Below, piece by piece: positions 1 through 8,961 of a stretch of DNA of 64,000 bases (the first letter of the stretch is position 1; each line of letters begins with the position of its first letter). This stretch comes from an uncultured Ignavibacteriales bacterium. GTDB taxonomy: Bacteria; Zixibacteria; MSB-5A5; GN15; JAAZOE01. The DNA is taken from NCBI GenBank assembly GCA_964523575.1, contig CAZGAV010000005.1, positions 6,379 to 70,378 of the forward strand. Reading direction: 5' to 3'. Below the pieces are notes generated by a model. The model saw nothing but the letters and a program-made list of their open reading frames with translations, was not told the origin of the DNA and made no database searches. A program made the translations under genes and the position numbers.

Positions 1-2337
1 GACACGAATATTGGAAACCGCCATCCGATTGGCAATTCCGCGCTTGGTCATCATGATCATTTCGTCGTCGTCCAGCACCTCGCGAATGGCCACCACCTTG
101 CCGTTGCGCTGGGAACATTTGATATTGATAATTCCCTTGCCGCCCCTGTTGGTCACCCGATAATCGACGATATCGGTCCGTTTGCCATAACCGTTTTCAG
201 TGATGGAAAGGATCGCCGACAGCCGCTTGATAACGACCATGTCGATGACATAATCGTCCTTGGCCAGGTTGATACCCTTAACGCCGGCGGCGGTGCGGCC
301 CATAGACCGGACTTTCGCTTCCGGGAACCTAATCGCCTGACCGTTGCGCGTCCCCAGCAGAATATCATTGGTCCCGTCGGTCACGGTGCATCGGATCAAT
401 TCATCTCCCTTGGACAGAGAAATGGCGTTGATGCCGGTTTTGCGCGGATTGGAAAAGGCGTCCAGCGAGGTTTTCTTGATCGTTCCCTGCCGGGTGGCCA
501 TGACAATAAACTGATTGGGATCGAACTCCCGCACCCGGGTAAAGGTCGTCACCCGTTCATCCTGGCCGAGACTGAGCATATTGACGATAGGCCGGCCCTT
601 GGCCAGACGGCCGCCTCGGGGGATTTCATGAACTTTCAGCCAGTGGCATCGGCCCTCATTGGTGAAAAACAGGAGGTACTGATGCGAGGTGGCGATGAAG
701 ACATGCTCGGCGAAATCCTCTTCCTTGGTTTCCATGCCGATCACGCCCCGCCCGCCCCGGTTCTGCCGCTTGTAGGCCGAAACCGACAGCGATTTGATAT
801 ATCCGGCGTGAGTGATGGTAATCACCATATCCTCGTCGGCGATGAGGTCCTCAAGCGTCAGTTCTTCGGATTGATCGATGATTTCCGTGCGCCGTTCGTC
901 ACCGTATTTATCTTTGAGGGTTTTGATTTCGTCGCGGATAATTGCCATGCGGCGCGGTTTGGAGGCCAGGATCGATTTGTATTCCTCGATCTTCTTGATG
1001 GTTTCGAGGTATTCCTGTTCGATCTTCTGACGCTCCAGCCCGGTCAATTTCTGAAGGCGCATTTCGAGGATGGCGTTGGCCTGAATTTCCGACAGCTTGA
1101 ATTTCTTTATCAAACCCTCGCGCGCATCCGGAACCGACTTCGATTTCTTGATCAGGTCGATGACGGCGTCGATATTATCGAGAGCGATTTTGTAACCTTC
1201 GAGAATATGGGCCCGTGCTTCGGCTTTGCGCAGATCGAACTCGGTGCGGCGGACAACCACCTCATGACGGTGTTCGATATAAAGATCGATCAAACGCTTG
1301 ATCGGCAGTTTTTTGGGTACGCCCTTGTCGAGCACCAGGTTGATAATCGAAAAAGTCGACTGCAGGCTGGTATGACTGTAAAGCTGGTTGAGGACGATTT
1401 CCGCCTGAGCGTCGCGTTTGAGTTCGATAACGATGCGCATCCCGTCCCGGTCGGATTCGTCGCGCAGGTCGGAAATGCCGACGAGTTTTTTGTCGCGCAC
1501 CAGGTCGGCGATGCGGATCAAAAGCGATGATTTATTGACCTGGTACGGTATCTCGGTGATGATGATACATTCCTTGCCCGATTTCTGCTTTTCGGAAACG
1601 GCCCGGGCTCGGACGGTGATTTTTCCCTGCCCCGTGCGATAAGCCTCGCGAATTCCCTCATGGCCATAAATAATTCCGCCCGTCGGAAAATCAGGTCCGG
1701 AAATATGTTTCATGACCTGCTCATTGTCCATCTCGGGATCGTCGATGACGGCCATGATGGCATTGGCCACCTCGGTCAGATTATGAGGCGGGATACTTGT
1801 CGCCATGCCGACCGCGATACCGGTCGTGCCGTTGCAAATCAGATTGGGAAAGCGACCCGGCAGAACCATCGGTTCCTTGCGGGTGCCGTCATAGTTGGCG
1901 ATAAAATCGACCGTTTCCTTTTCCATGTCGGCCATCATCTCCATGGCGATAGCCGTCATTCGGGCTTCGGTGTACCTCATGGCCGCGGCGCCGTCGCCGT
2001 CGATGGAACCGAAGTTGCCCTGGCCGTCCACCAGAGGATAGCGCATATTGAAATCCTGGGCCATCCGCACTAATGTCGGATAGACCACCTGCTCGCCATG
2101 CGGATGATAATTACCGGAGGTATCGCCGGCGATCTTGGCGCATTTACGATGGGGCCGGCCCGGCGACAGATTCAATTCATGCATGGCCACCATGATGCGC
2201 CGATTGGACGGTTTCATACCGTCACGGACATCGGGAAGGGCGCGATTGGTGATTACAGACATGGAATAATCGAGGTAGGAATTACGCATTTCCTCCTCGA
2301 GGAATATCGGGACTATTTTCTGATGTTCGAAATTCAT
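1..2337 (-). CDS. gyrA: DNA gyrase subunit A (N-terminal ~779 codons; 3' end lies beyond window start)
   Basis: Not in the ORF track because no stop lies inside the window. My reverse-strand translation from the ATG at 2337 reads [40 protein letters not shown]...[60 protein letters not shown]. This covers the QRDR region and the active-site Tyr motif. The frame stays open to position 1. Confidence 0.95.
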   Translation of the reverse strand, partial: MNFEHQKIVPIFLEEEMRNSYLDYSMSVITNRALPDVRDGMKPSNRRIMVAMHELNLSPGRPHRKCAKIAGDTSGNYHPHGEQVVYPTLVRMAQDFNMRYPLVDGQGNFGSIDGDGAAAMRYTEARMTAIAMEMMADMEKETVDFIANYDGTRKEPMVLPGRFPNLICNGTTGIAVGMATSIPPHNLTEVANAIMAVIDDPEMDNEQVMKHISGPDFPTGGIIYGHEGIREAYRTGQGKITVRARAVSEKQKSGKECIIITEIPYQVNKSSLLIRIADLVRDKKLVGISDLRDESDRDGMRIVIELKRDAQAEIVLNQLYSHTSLQSTFSIINLVLDKGVPKKLPIKRLIDLYIEHRHEVVVRRTEFDLRKAEARAHILEGYKIALDNIDAVIDLIKKSKSVPDAREGLIKKFKLSEIQANAILEMRLQKLTGLERQKIEQEYLETIKKIEEYKSILASKPRRMAIIRDEIKTLKDKYGDERRTEIIDQSEELTLEDLIADEDMVITITHAGYIKSLSVSAYKRQNRGGRGVIGMETKEEDFAEHVFIATSHQYLLFFTNEGRCHWLKVHEIPRGGRLAKGRPIVNMLSLGQDERVTTFTRVREFDPNQFIVMATRQGTIKKTSLDAFSNPRKTGINAISLSKGDELIRCTVTDGTNDILLGTRNGQAIRFPEAKVRSMGRTAAGVKGINLAKDDYVIDMVVIKRLSAILSITENGYGKRTDIVDYRVTNRGGKGIINIKCSQRNGKVVAIREVLDDDEMIMMTKRGIANRMAVSNIRV

Positions 2338-2562
2338 TCTTTGCCTATCTTCATTTACTCTAACAGCTTACATAAAACTAACCTATCTTCAACAGCTTTA
2401 TAAAATACCCTTTTTTTTGATAAAAAGCAATCTTTAGTTGGCTTTTTGAGCGCTTTTTGCTCATCGTAAGCCAATATTAAACAACATCTTACTGATCGGA
2501 AATCACTTTTTTTGAATAAACCGGCCGATCCTGTCATATATTAAGAAACGGAGGTAAAAATT

Positions 2563-2988
2563 ATGTCGGGAGCGATTGTCGGAGCTACTGCCGGGGCAGG
2601 AGCGGCCGCCGCGGCCGCGGCGGCGGCCCGGATGCGAGAGGAGGAAGAAAAGTTGACGACTTATAATAAGGACGAACTCGACGGATGGGAATTCAAGATC
2701 ATCCGGTCCTATTCGACCTATTTCAAAAAATACGAAAACCTTAAAAAAGTCTGCGACGATGAAGCTCAGGCCGGCTGGGAGATGGTCGAAAAATTCGACG
2801 ATTATCGGGTTCGCTTCAAGAGGCCGACCGCCAAACGGCGCAATGATCAATTCCTGCAGGGAATCGATCCCTACCGCACCCTGGTGGGATGGAGCAGCGG
2901 CCGGCTGGTCGGGACCATCGTCGGCGCGACACTCCTGGGAGCAGGCGTCATCCTGGCGCTGGTACTGTTCTTGAAAGCCGCGCACTGA
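2563..2988 (+). CDS. Small membrane protein with DUF4177-like core (Ala-rich N-terminus, C-terminal TM helix)
   Basis: A GGAGG RBS lies 7 nt upstream of the ATG. WEFKIIRS...AQAGWEMVEKFDDYRVRFKRP resembles the DUF4177 pattern (WEYK...GWELV...FKRP). The C-terminal hydrophobic helix is LVGTIVGATLLGAGVILALVLFL. Confidence 0.5.
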   Translation: MSGAIVGATAGAGAAAAAAAAARMREEEEKLTTYNKDELDGWEFKIIRSYSTYFKKYENLKKVCDDEAQAGWEMVEKFDDYRVRFKRPTAKRRNDQFLQGIDPYRTLVGWSSGRLVGTIVGATLLGAGVILALVLFLKAAH

Positions 2989-3150
2989 AAATTGTCCGTA
3001 TAACCGTGCAACCATCCGGCCGATACCATCCGGGCCCGGAATCTTGATCTCGCGGCCTTTAAATATATTTACCCTTGTTTACATCGCCATCGAAGCTTAT
3101 CTTGTCAATGGCATTGGCCGCCGGATATAAACGCGGAAAGGTCCCCGAGA

Positions 3151-4584
3151 TTGAATAACAGACAAAAGCCCGCTATCCTTGTCGCCTATCCGTCATGCTT
3201 CTATTATTCACACGGCATGGGCCGGGAACAGATAAAATCCTCGCAACTGTTGGTGGCGTCCTACCTGTCGCATCATTTCCCGGTCACCTACCTTGATTTC
3301 GAACTGCTGATCGGCCGCCCCGAATCGCCGGTTCAAGTGCGGCGCTTCGAACGCCGCGTCCGGGAAATTCTGGGACAGATGGATTTCGATATCCTGGCCC
3401 TCTCCTGCTGGACCAGCCTCAGCTACCGGGCGACTATGACTGTTGCCGCCATTTGCCGCGAACTGTATCCCGACCGTCTCATCGTCGTCGGCGGTTATCA
3501 TCCTACCGCCCGCCCGAACGATTTCGTAATGCCGGACCGAATTTTCGATTATGTCGTGCGCGGCGAAGGTGAAATCACCCTCAAGGAAATCGCCGCCTCC
3601 TTCACCACCGCCGGCCGCCCGCCCGAAACCCGAATTGTTGTCGGCCGCCCTTTGGAACCGGACGATTATGTGCCGATGAATTGGGATCTCGTCGATGAGC
3701 TGGTGCAGACTTATTTCCCCGAAGGCCTGGGCACGCTGGTGACGTTCTTCTCGCGGGGATGCCCGTTCGGTTGCGCTTTTTGCATGGAGACCATGAAAAC
3801 CCGCCGCTGGCGCGCCGGATCGGTGGCCTATGCGCTCAATGAGGTACAACAGGCGGCCGCCCGATTCAAAATCGTCGGGCTTGGTTTCGGCGACGCCTGC
3901 TTTGGAGTACGTTCCAAATGGCGCAAGGAATTTCTGCGAGAGCTGGTCGCTCTCGACCCACCATTCTGGATTCTGTTCGAAACCCGGCCTGAATATCTCG
4001 ACCTCGAAGATATCGAACTCCTCGGCCGGATGAAATCGCAGGTTCAAATCGGGCTGGAAAGCTGTTCCCCGAGCATGTTGGCCATCATGAATAAATCCCG
4101 CCAGCCCCAAAGATACCTGAACGCTTTTCGCGAGGCGACCCATCGTCTCAGTGACCACGGCGTCGTCCACGGAGCCAACCTGGTCTTCAACCATCCCGGA
4201 GAAACCGGAGAAACCCTCGATGAAACTTTCGCCTTCATCGACGAGGAATTGGCGCGCGGCCAATCAACTCTGGTCTGGACCTGCCACGGATACCTGCATT
4301 TCCCCGGAAGTTATATCGACAACAATCGCGAACACTTCGAAAAGACTTATGGTTCGCAATTTCTCTGCCCCGATTGGTGGAAGCTGGACGAAGATCAGTT
4401 GGAAAACGCCCGCCGTGTCATTCCCTCCCGCGACCTGACCGGCGACCGCCGATCCCTGTGGGGGCGCATGCTTCGCGACCGGGACGCTCAACTGCGCGAT
4501 GCCCTGACCACGGAGGCCTTCAGCCTGGCCGCCTCGCTCATGTATATCCACTGGCAGGATGATCCCCGTTTTGTCCCCATGTAA
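3151..4584 (+). CDS. Class B (B12-binding-domain) radical SAM enzyme, substrate unknown
   Basis: The CxxxCxxC cluster motif is present (FFSRGCPFGCAFCME). It is preceded by a Rossmann-like B12-binding-type N-terminal domain (ILVAYPS...DILALSCWTS...VVGGYHPT). The TTG start is uncertain; an alternative ATG lies at 3217. Confidence 0.75.
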   Translation: MNNRQKPAILVAYPSCFYYSHGMGREQIKSSQLLVASYLSHHFPVTYLDFELLIGRPESPVQVRRFERRVREILGQMDFDILALSCWTSLSYRATMTVAAICRELYPDRLIVVGGYHPTARPNDFVMPDRIFDYVVRGEGEITLKEIAASFTTAGRPPETRIVVGRPLEPDDYVPMNWDLVDELVQTYFPEGLGTLVTFFSRGCPFGCAFCMETMKTRRWRAGSVAYALNEVQQAAARFKIVGLGFGDACFGVRSKWRKEFLRELVALDPPFWILFETRPEYLDLEDIELLGRMKSQVQIGLESCSPSMLAIMNKSRQPQRYLNAFREATHRLSDHGVVHGANLVFNHPGETGETLDETFAFIDEELARGQSTLVWTCHGYLHFPGSYIDNNREHFEKTYGSQFLCPDWWKLDEDQLENARRVIPSRDLTGDRRSLWGRMLRDRDAQLRDALTTEAFSLAASLMYIHWQDDPRFVPM

Positions 4585-4628
4585 TCCTATTTTTGCCGCC
4601 CAACCTGTCTTAACCGGAGGAATAAACC

Positions 4629-5042
4629 ATGCCCCCCTTCAATAGCCCGGCCCTGGCCGCCGACTGTGTCATTTTTCACGGCCCGAGCGTACTCCTCATC
4701 CGGCGTGGTAATGAACCCTTCAAGGGATATTACGCCCTTCCCGGAGGCGGCGTCGAAATCGGCGAAACCGTCGAGCAGGCCTGTATCAGGGAAATGCAGG
4801 AGGAAACCGGCCTCGAGATATCACATCTGAGACTGATCGGCGTCTATTCCCGGCCGGACCGCGATCCGCGCGGCCATGTCGTATCGATAGCCTTTCTGGC
4901 TGAGGCCGACCTGTCGGAGATGAAAGCCGGGTCCGATGCCGCCGAAGTGGAACTGGTAGAAAACTGGCGCCAATGCAATCTGGCCTTCGACCACCGGGAA
5001 ATAATTGAAGCGGCCCGTAAGCTGACCGCCTTTAACGATTGA
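4629..5042 (+). CDS. NUDIX hydrolase
   Basis: Nudix box GGGVEIGETVEQACIREMQEETGL (GX5EX7REUXEEXGU). A GGAGG RBS lies upstream. Confidence 0.85.
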   Translation: MPPFNSPALAADCVIFHGPSVLLIRRGNEPFKGYYALPGGGVEIGETVEQACIREMQEETGLEISHLRLIGVYSRPDRDPRGHVVSIAFLAEADLSEMKAGSDAAEVELVENWRQCNLAFDHREIIEAARKLTAFND

Positions 5043-5140
5043 CCCCCGACCGCTGGTCTTTCACCCGCGTTCATTAGCGCTTCATGAGGGAAAGAAATTC
5101 TCATTGACAATCACCGATCGATACCTACATTCCCCTAAGT

Positions 5141-6904
5141 ATGGATGAAGTGATGAATCAAAATCAGGGTTCGCCCGATGCCGGCGATAAACTGGCCCTG
5201 CTGACCGAGGCCGCTCACCTCCTCAATTCGACCATCGAATATGAGGAATTGATGAAAAACGTCCTCAAACTGGTAACCCGGGCGGTTGATGCCGAAGCCG
5301 CCACCGTATTCCGGTACGACCCGGCTTATAATGATTTGCGCATCCGTTTCTATTCCGGCGACGATGAATCGCGCCAGTTGACTATCCCGGTCGGGCAGGG
5401 GTTTGTCGGCTGGGTGGCCGAGCATAAAGAACCGGTCCTGACCAATACGCCGTCGGAAGACAGCCGCTATTCCCGCGAAATCGAGGAAATGCAGCAGGTC
5501 AAGATTCGTTCGATTCTCTGCTACCCCCTCATTCTGCGCGGCAAGTTCTTCGGCGTCATCGAGGCCATTAATAAAAAGTCCGGCCAATTCGACCAGGCCG
5601 ATCTCGATATTTTCAATGTCCTTTCCGATCAGATCGCCCTGGCCATCAATAATGCCCAGCTCTATCGCCGTTCCAAACGTCAGGCCCTTCAACGCAAGAC
5701 CCTGTTCGAGGTCAGCAAACAACTGATGTCGCCTTTGACCCTCGATGAGCTTCTCTACAATATCCTGCTGGCCCTCCGGAAAGTGGTCGAGTTCGACGCC
5801 GGCGGCATCTATCTCATCGACAATAAATCAGGCGAAGTGGAATCGATCACCTCGCTGGGATACGAACGGGTTCTGGAAGCCGATCTCCGTCTTAAAATCG
5901 GCGAAGGGATCGTCGGCTCCGTGGCCCGCACCGGCCATGCCGAGGTTATCCCCGACGTCTCCGGCGACGACCGTTACATCAATGCTCGACCGGCCACGCG
6001 CTCCGAAATGGTCGTCCCCGTCCTGTCCGATGATAAATTGATCGGCGTCCTGAATCTCGAAAGTGACCTGATCAATGCCTTTTCGGAAGAGGATATGGAT
6101 ATCCTGAATACCTTCGCCTCGCAGGCCGCTATTTCAATCGAACGGGCGCGGATGCACAAATACATCCTGGAACAGAAAAAAATCGAAGAACAGCTTTCCA
6201 TCGCCCGCGAAATACAAAAAACCTTCCTCCCCAAAAAGGTCCCGCAGATAACCGGTTTCGATATCTGGGGAGCCAATTTCCCCTCCGGCGAGGTTGGCGG
6301 CGACTATTATGATTTCATCCGCATCGTTGACAATCAGCTCGGCATCGCCATCGCCGACGTTTCCGGCAAGGGCATTCCGGCCTCTCTCATTATGGCCTCC
6401 TTCCGGGCCTCGCTTATCGCGGAGATAAGAAACAATTACGCCATCCGCAGTATTTGCCATAAGGTCAACAACCTTCTCTGCGAGTCCCTTGAACCGGAAA
6501 ATTTCGTGACTGCCATTTATGGCGTTCTCGACACCAAAAACTCCATCTTCACCTTCTGTAACTGCGGCCACAACCCGGCTATCCTTCTTCGAGCCGATGG
6601 CACGGTCGAAGAACTTGCCGAGGGCGGCCTGATTCTCGGCATCCGGCCCAATTCCTCCTATGAAGAACGGCCTATTTATCTGCGCTCCGGCGATATTCTC
6701 TGCTTTTTTACCGACGGCGTCACCGAAGCCGAAGGGGCCCGTGGCGAGCAATTCGAGACCAATCGCATTATCGATATTATCCATAAACATCAGACCTCGA
6801 GCGCCGTCGAAATCGGTGGCCGCATCGGCGACGCCGTTCGCGCCTTTGTCCATGAAGATTTCGTTATGGATGATTTGACGCTTATTATCCTCAAAAGATT
6901 ATAA
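5141..6904 (+). CDS. GAF-GAF-PP2C (SpoIIE/RsbU-type) protein serine phosphatase
   Basis: Two GAF-like segments are present (GQGFVGWVAEHKEPV...; GEGIVGSVARTGHAEVIPDV...). They are followed by a SpoIIE-type phosphatase domain (GGDYYDF...IAIADVSGKGIPASL...FTDGVTEA...DDLTLIILK). Confidence 0.8.
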   Translation: MDEVMNQNQGSPDAGDKLALLTEAAHLLNSTIEYEELMKNVLKLVTRAVDAEAATVFRYDPAYNDLRIRFYSGDDESRQLTIPVGQGFVGWVAEHKEPVLTNTPSEDSRYSREIEEMQQVKIRSILCYPLILRGKFFGVIEAINKKSGQFDQADLDIFNVLSDQIALAINNAQLYRRSKRQALQRKTLFEVSKQLMSPLTLDELLYNILLALRKVVEFDAGGIYLIDNKSGEVESITSLGYERVLEADLRLKIGEGIVGSVARTGHAEVIPDVSGDDRYINARPATRSEMVVPVLSDDKLIGVLNLESDLINAFSEEDMDILNTFASQAAISIERARMHKYILEQKKIEEQLSIAREIQKTFLPKKVPQITGFDIWGANFPSGEVGGDYYDFIRIVDNQLGIAIADVSGKGIPASLIMASFRASLIAEIRNNYAIRSICHKVNNLLCESLEPENFVTAIYGVLDTKNSIFTFCNCGHNPAILLRADGTVEELAEGGLILGIRPNSSYEERPIYLRSGDILCFFTDGVTEAEGARGEQFETNRIIDIIHKHQTSSAVEIGGRIGDAVRAFVHEDFVMDDLTLIILKRL

Positions 6905-6912
6905 TCGCCGTC

Positions 6913-6941
6913 TTGACAAAAATGTTGTAAAAGCGTTAATT
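6913..6941 (+). promoter_or_regulatory. Candidate sigma-70 promoter (TTGACA-N17-TTAATT)
   Basis: TTGACA at 6913-6918, a 17-nt spacer, then TTAATT at 6936-6941. It lies ~40 nt upstream of the ATG at 6981. Confidence 0.4.
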
Positions 6942-6980
6942 ACCATTAGTGTTTAATCCCCCTTTTAATGGGAGGCCAAA

Positions 6981-8072
6981 ATGATTCGTAAGCTCCTGTC
7001 CCTGGCGATCTTGCTCGCCCTATTGCCGGTTCTGCCGATTGGGTGTAGTTCCAAAGACGATAATCCCCCGGGGCCGACTCCGGTTCCGGAACCGCGCGTT
7101 ATTGTCCAGGCCCATCAGGACCCGACGCTTGATAACGCGATCGATGCACCCGTCTGGGATTCGATCACAGCCGTTGAAATCTCCATCGGCAACAAAGCCG
7201 CGTATGTGGCCGGCACTCCCTCTTCGGTAGCTTCCAAAGCTTATATGAAAGCCCTGTCTGCCGGCGATTCACTCCTCTATATCTGGACCCAATGGACTGA
7301 TTATTCTCAGAATGACCGTTACGGACAACTTCATGCCACCTATGTCGGACCCTCCAACAATCCCGACTGGAGCACCGATACGTCGATTTACAACGAGGAT
7401 CGATTCTATGTCCTCTTCGATGAAGGCGCCGCCGATGGCGCCGATTGCGCCGCCTATTGCCATGCCTCCGCCAATACTTCCGGACATAAATTTTACGGCG
7501 GCGCCGGCGAGGACGCCGATATCTGGCAATGGCGTGCTCAACGCGGCGGCATCGCCCGCTATGCGATTGACATGCATCTGACCGATTCCATGATCGCCCC
7601 CGATCCTTTCGCCCAGCGTCCCGACTCCCTCAATCACGGCGACAGCCTGTATTACGGCAATTACAGCGAATTCTTCGGCTATCCCAAGAAAATGGACCCG
7701 GCCGGTCCTGATTATGAAGGAGCCGGATTGCTGCAGGGAGTTTGGGTGACGTTTGACAAGGACCTCGACTGGATCGTAGTTCCGCCCGATGGTCCGCCCT
7801 ACGGCAAAGACATCCCCGGATATTTCTACTATAACGTCCTCCTTGAAAATCAGTCCGACAAAGGTTCGCGATGGGACATCCGGGCCGTCTCGTCCTATGA
7901 TGCCGGCGCCGATACCTGGACTGTGGTCTTCCGCAGGAAGTTGACAACCGCCGACCTTAATGATATTAACTTCGGTGCCATCACCGATTCATTGGCCATA
8001 TCCATAGCCATCGCCAACAACTCCGGCGTCGACCATAGCGGACATGAACCGTTCTACCTGATTTTTCAGTAG
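6981..8072 (+). CDS. Lipoprotein with EB_dh/DOMON-like (ethylbenzene dehydrogenase gamma-like) putative heme-binding domain
   Basis: Lipobox LPIGC with a GGGAGG RBS. The central region ...DCAAYCHAS...ADIWQWRAQRGG... resembles the D-x-W-x-W-x-A-x-R signature I recall for the EB_dh family. The family assignment is from memory only. Confidence 0.55.
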   Translation: MIRKLLSLAILLALLPVLPIGCSSKDDNPPGPTPVPEPRVIVQAHQDPTLDNAIDAPVWDSITAVEISIGNKAAYVAGTPSSVASKAYMKALSAGDSLLYIWTQWTDYSQNDRYGQLHATYVGPSNNPDWSTDTSIYNEDRFYVLFDEGAADGADCAAYCHASANTSGHKFYGGAGEDADIWQWRAQRGGIARYAIDMHLTDSMIAPDPFAQRPDSLNHGDSLYYGNYSEFFGYPKKMDPAGPDYEGAGLLQGVWVTFDKDLDWIVVPPDGPPYGKDIPGYFYYNVLLENQSDKGSRWDIRAVSSYDAGADTWTVVFRRKLTTADLNDINFGAITDSLAISIAIANNSGVDHSGHEPFYLIFQ

Positions 8073-8099
8073 ATAACGCCAATCGACGGTTTTTTTGAT

Positions 8100-8127
8100 A
8101 ACCCGCCTCCCGGCGGGTTATTTTTTT
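8100..8127 (+). terminator. Rho-independent terminator
   Basis: Stem AACCCGCC (8100-8107), loop TCCC, stem GGCGGGTT (8112-8119), followed by ATTTTTTT. It lies 28 nt after the stop at 8072. Confidence 0.8.
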
Positions 8128-8262
8128 ATAATGATTAAAAAACTCGGATCGTACATCTCAGTAGGAAAAATTTTCCGCCTTGCCGGACATGCGCTCATCT
8201 TCGTAATATGTTGACGGACATGGCATTAACTTGCGGAGTGACAGTTGTAAGAGATAAAGCTC

Positions 8263-8289
8263 TTGACAATTTCAGCTTTTTGGATAAAT
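8263..8289 (+). promoter_or_regulatory. Candidate sigma-70 promoter with extended -10 (TTGACA ... TGgATAAAT)
   Basis: TTGACA at 8263-8268. TGG+ATAAAT at 8281-8289 (or TAAATT at 8285-8290 with a 16-nt spacer). No ORF lies downstream. Confidence 0.4.
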
Positions 8290-8295
8290 TGAGAC

Positions 8296-8390
8296 TGGAA
8301 GTTTGTCGCCATCCCATGTGGTTCTTACCTGGGGACCCCCCCCCTCTGTCCCTAGCGGAATCATAGGCCGGCAAACTTCCTTTTTATTTA
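8296..8390 (+). ncRNA. Candidate orphan small RNA (~90 nt) closed by a long stem and a U-tract
   Basis: GGAAGTTTGTCGCC (8297-8310) pairs with GGCCGGCAAACTTCC (8366-8380), giving 13 pairs including one G-U and one mismatch. The stem is followed by TTTTTATTT. The interior holds GGGGA followed by a C9 run. It sits between two independent terminators (8100-8127 on +, 8417-8452 on -). Confidence 0.35.
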
Positions 8391-8416
8391 GTCCCTCCAA
8401 ATTTATTCTGAATACG

Positions 8417-8452
8417 AAATAAAAAAAACCGGGACGACTTGCATCGCCCCGG
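8417..8452 (-). terminator. Rho-independent terminator of the 8506-9918 operon
   Basis: The minus strand reads CCGGGGCGA-TGCAA-GTCGTCCCGG (one mismatch) followed by TTTTTTTTATTT. Confidence 0.7.
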
Positions 8453-8505
8453 ATAAAATTAGCTTATCACAACGGGATTATACCGCCATAAATTCGATAC
8501 TCCGG

Positions 8506-8961
8506 CTATTTATCTTCCGGCACACTGAAGCTGTAAATTTTCCAGACCCCGTTGACTTTTCGCAAACCGAATTTGTTGTAATACTGGGTGCTGGTCGCCT
8601 TATTGATGAACGAGACTTCGACCAGCGCCGAATCATTCATCTGACTCCCCGATCCGACAATTCTCTGCAGCGACTGCCAGCGCTGATTGGTCAGTCCCCC
8701 CTGGAGTAGATCATCGAGGATTTCTTGAGGATTGGTGAATTTTCTAACCGAATCCATCTGGAGAGCATAGTCGCTTTCGCCCGTCTTGAGCAGGCTTTCG
8801 AAATCAAGGTAATGGGCCAGCTTCTCACGATCATTTTCTTCCATGGCCTTGAACATCTGAATAACCGCTTTCTTGGGATCACTGGCGGTATTGACGCTGG
8901 GGTTGCATCCGGCGATCATCATCAAAAGCACCGGAATCAGTAAAAGCAATGATTTTTTCAT
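8506..8961 (-). CDS. Lipoprotein, unknown function (small alpha+beta fold, DUF4878-like guess)
   Basis: Signal peptide plus lipobox MMIAGC. The start directly abuts the stop of the upstream PorV-like gene (TAA-ATG). Confidence 0.65.
   Translation of the reverse strand: MKKSLLLLIPVLLMMIAGCNPSVNTASDPKKAVIQMFKAMEENDREKLAHYLDFESLLKTGESDYALQMDSVRKFTNPQEILDDLLQGGLTNQRWQSLQRIVGSGSQMNDSALVEVSFINKATSTQYYNKFGLRKVNGVWKIYSFSVPEDK

Noticed and set aside
628-2403. Track ORFs on the + strand (300, 74, 137 and 101 aa) across the first 2.4 kb
   Set aside because: They lie antisense to a continuous, unmistakable gyrA reading frame on the minus strand. Their translations are low-complexity (rich in R, G, D, F, H) and match no motif. 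They are shadow ORFs of a GC-rich gene.
2441-2456. TGGCTTTTTGAGCGCT as a sigma-54 promoter upstream of the DUF4177-like gene
   Set aside because: The spacing is right, but the -12 region is GCGC rather than TTGC and the -24 flank is poor. The segment is better described as a GCTTTTTG direct repeat with a small palindrome in the gyrA-divergent region.
3208-4263. 351-aa minus-strand ORF inside the radical SAM gene. Similar long antisense ORFs lie at 23034-24566 (+), 35681-36889 (-), 45529-47169 (+), 25406-26182 (+) and 12666-13472 (+).
   Set aside because: Each lies opposite a gene with clear family motifs (rSAM, M16, FAD oxidoreductase, pyrG, M16, hutU). Each has the Arg/Gly/Asp/His-rich composition typical of antisense frames in GC-rich DNA.
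8131-8214. 27-aa hydrophobic ORF (MIKKLGSYISVGKIFRLAGHALIFVIC) right after the 8100-8127 terminator, considered as a possible type I toxin
   Set aside because: It has no ribosome-binding site and starts inside the terminator U-tract. There is no supporting antisense RNA arrangement beyond proximity to the candidate sRNA. The evidence is insufficient.
8296-8390. Identification of the orphan hairpin RNA as SRP (4.5S) RNA, tRNA or 6S RNA
   Set aside because: Neither strand carries the conserved SRP domain-IV GGAA tetraloop/AGCA motif. There is no tRNA cloverleaf or T-loop GTTCGA. It is far too short for 6S RNA. It is kept only as an unclassified candidate.
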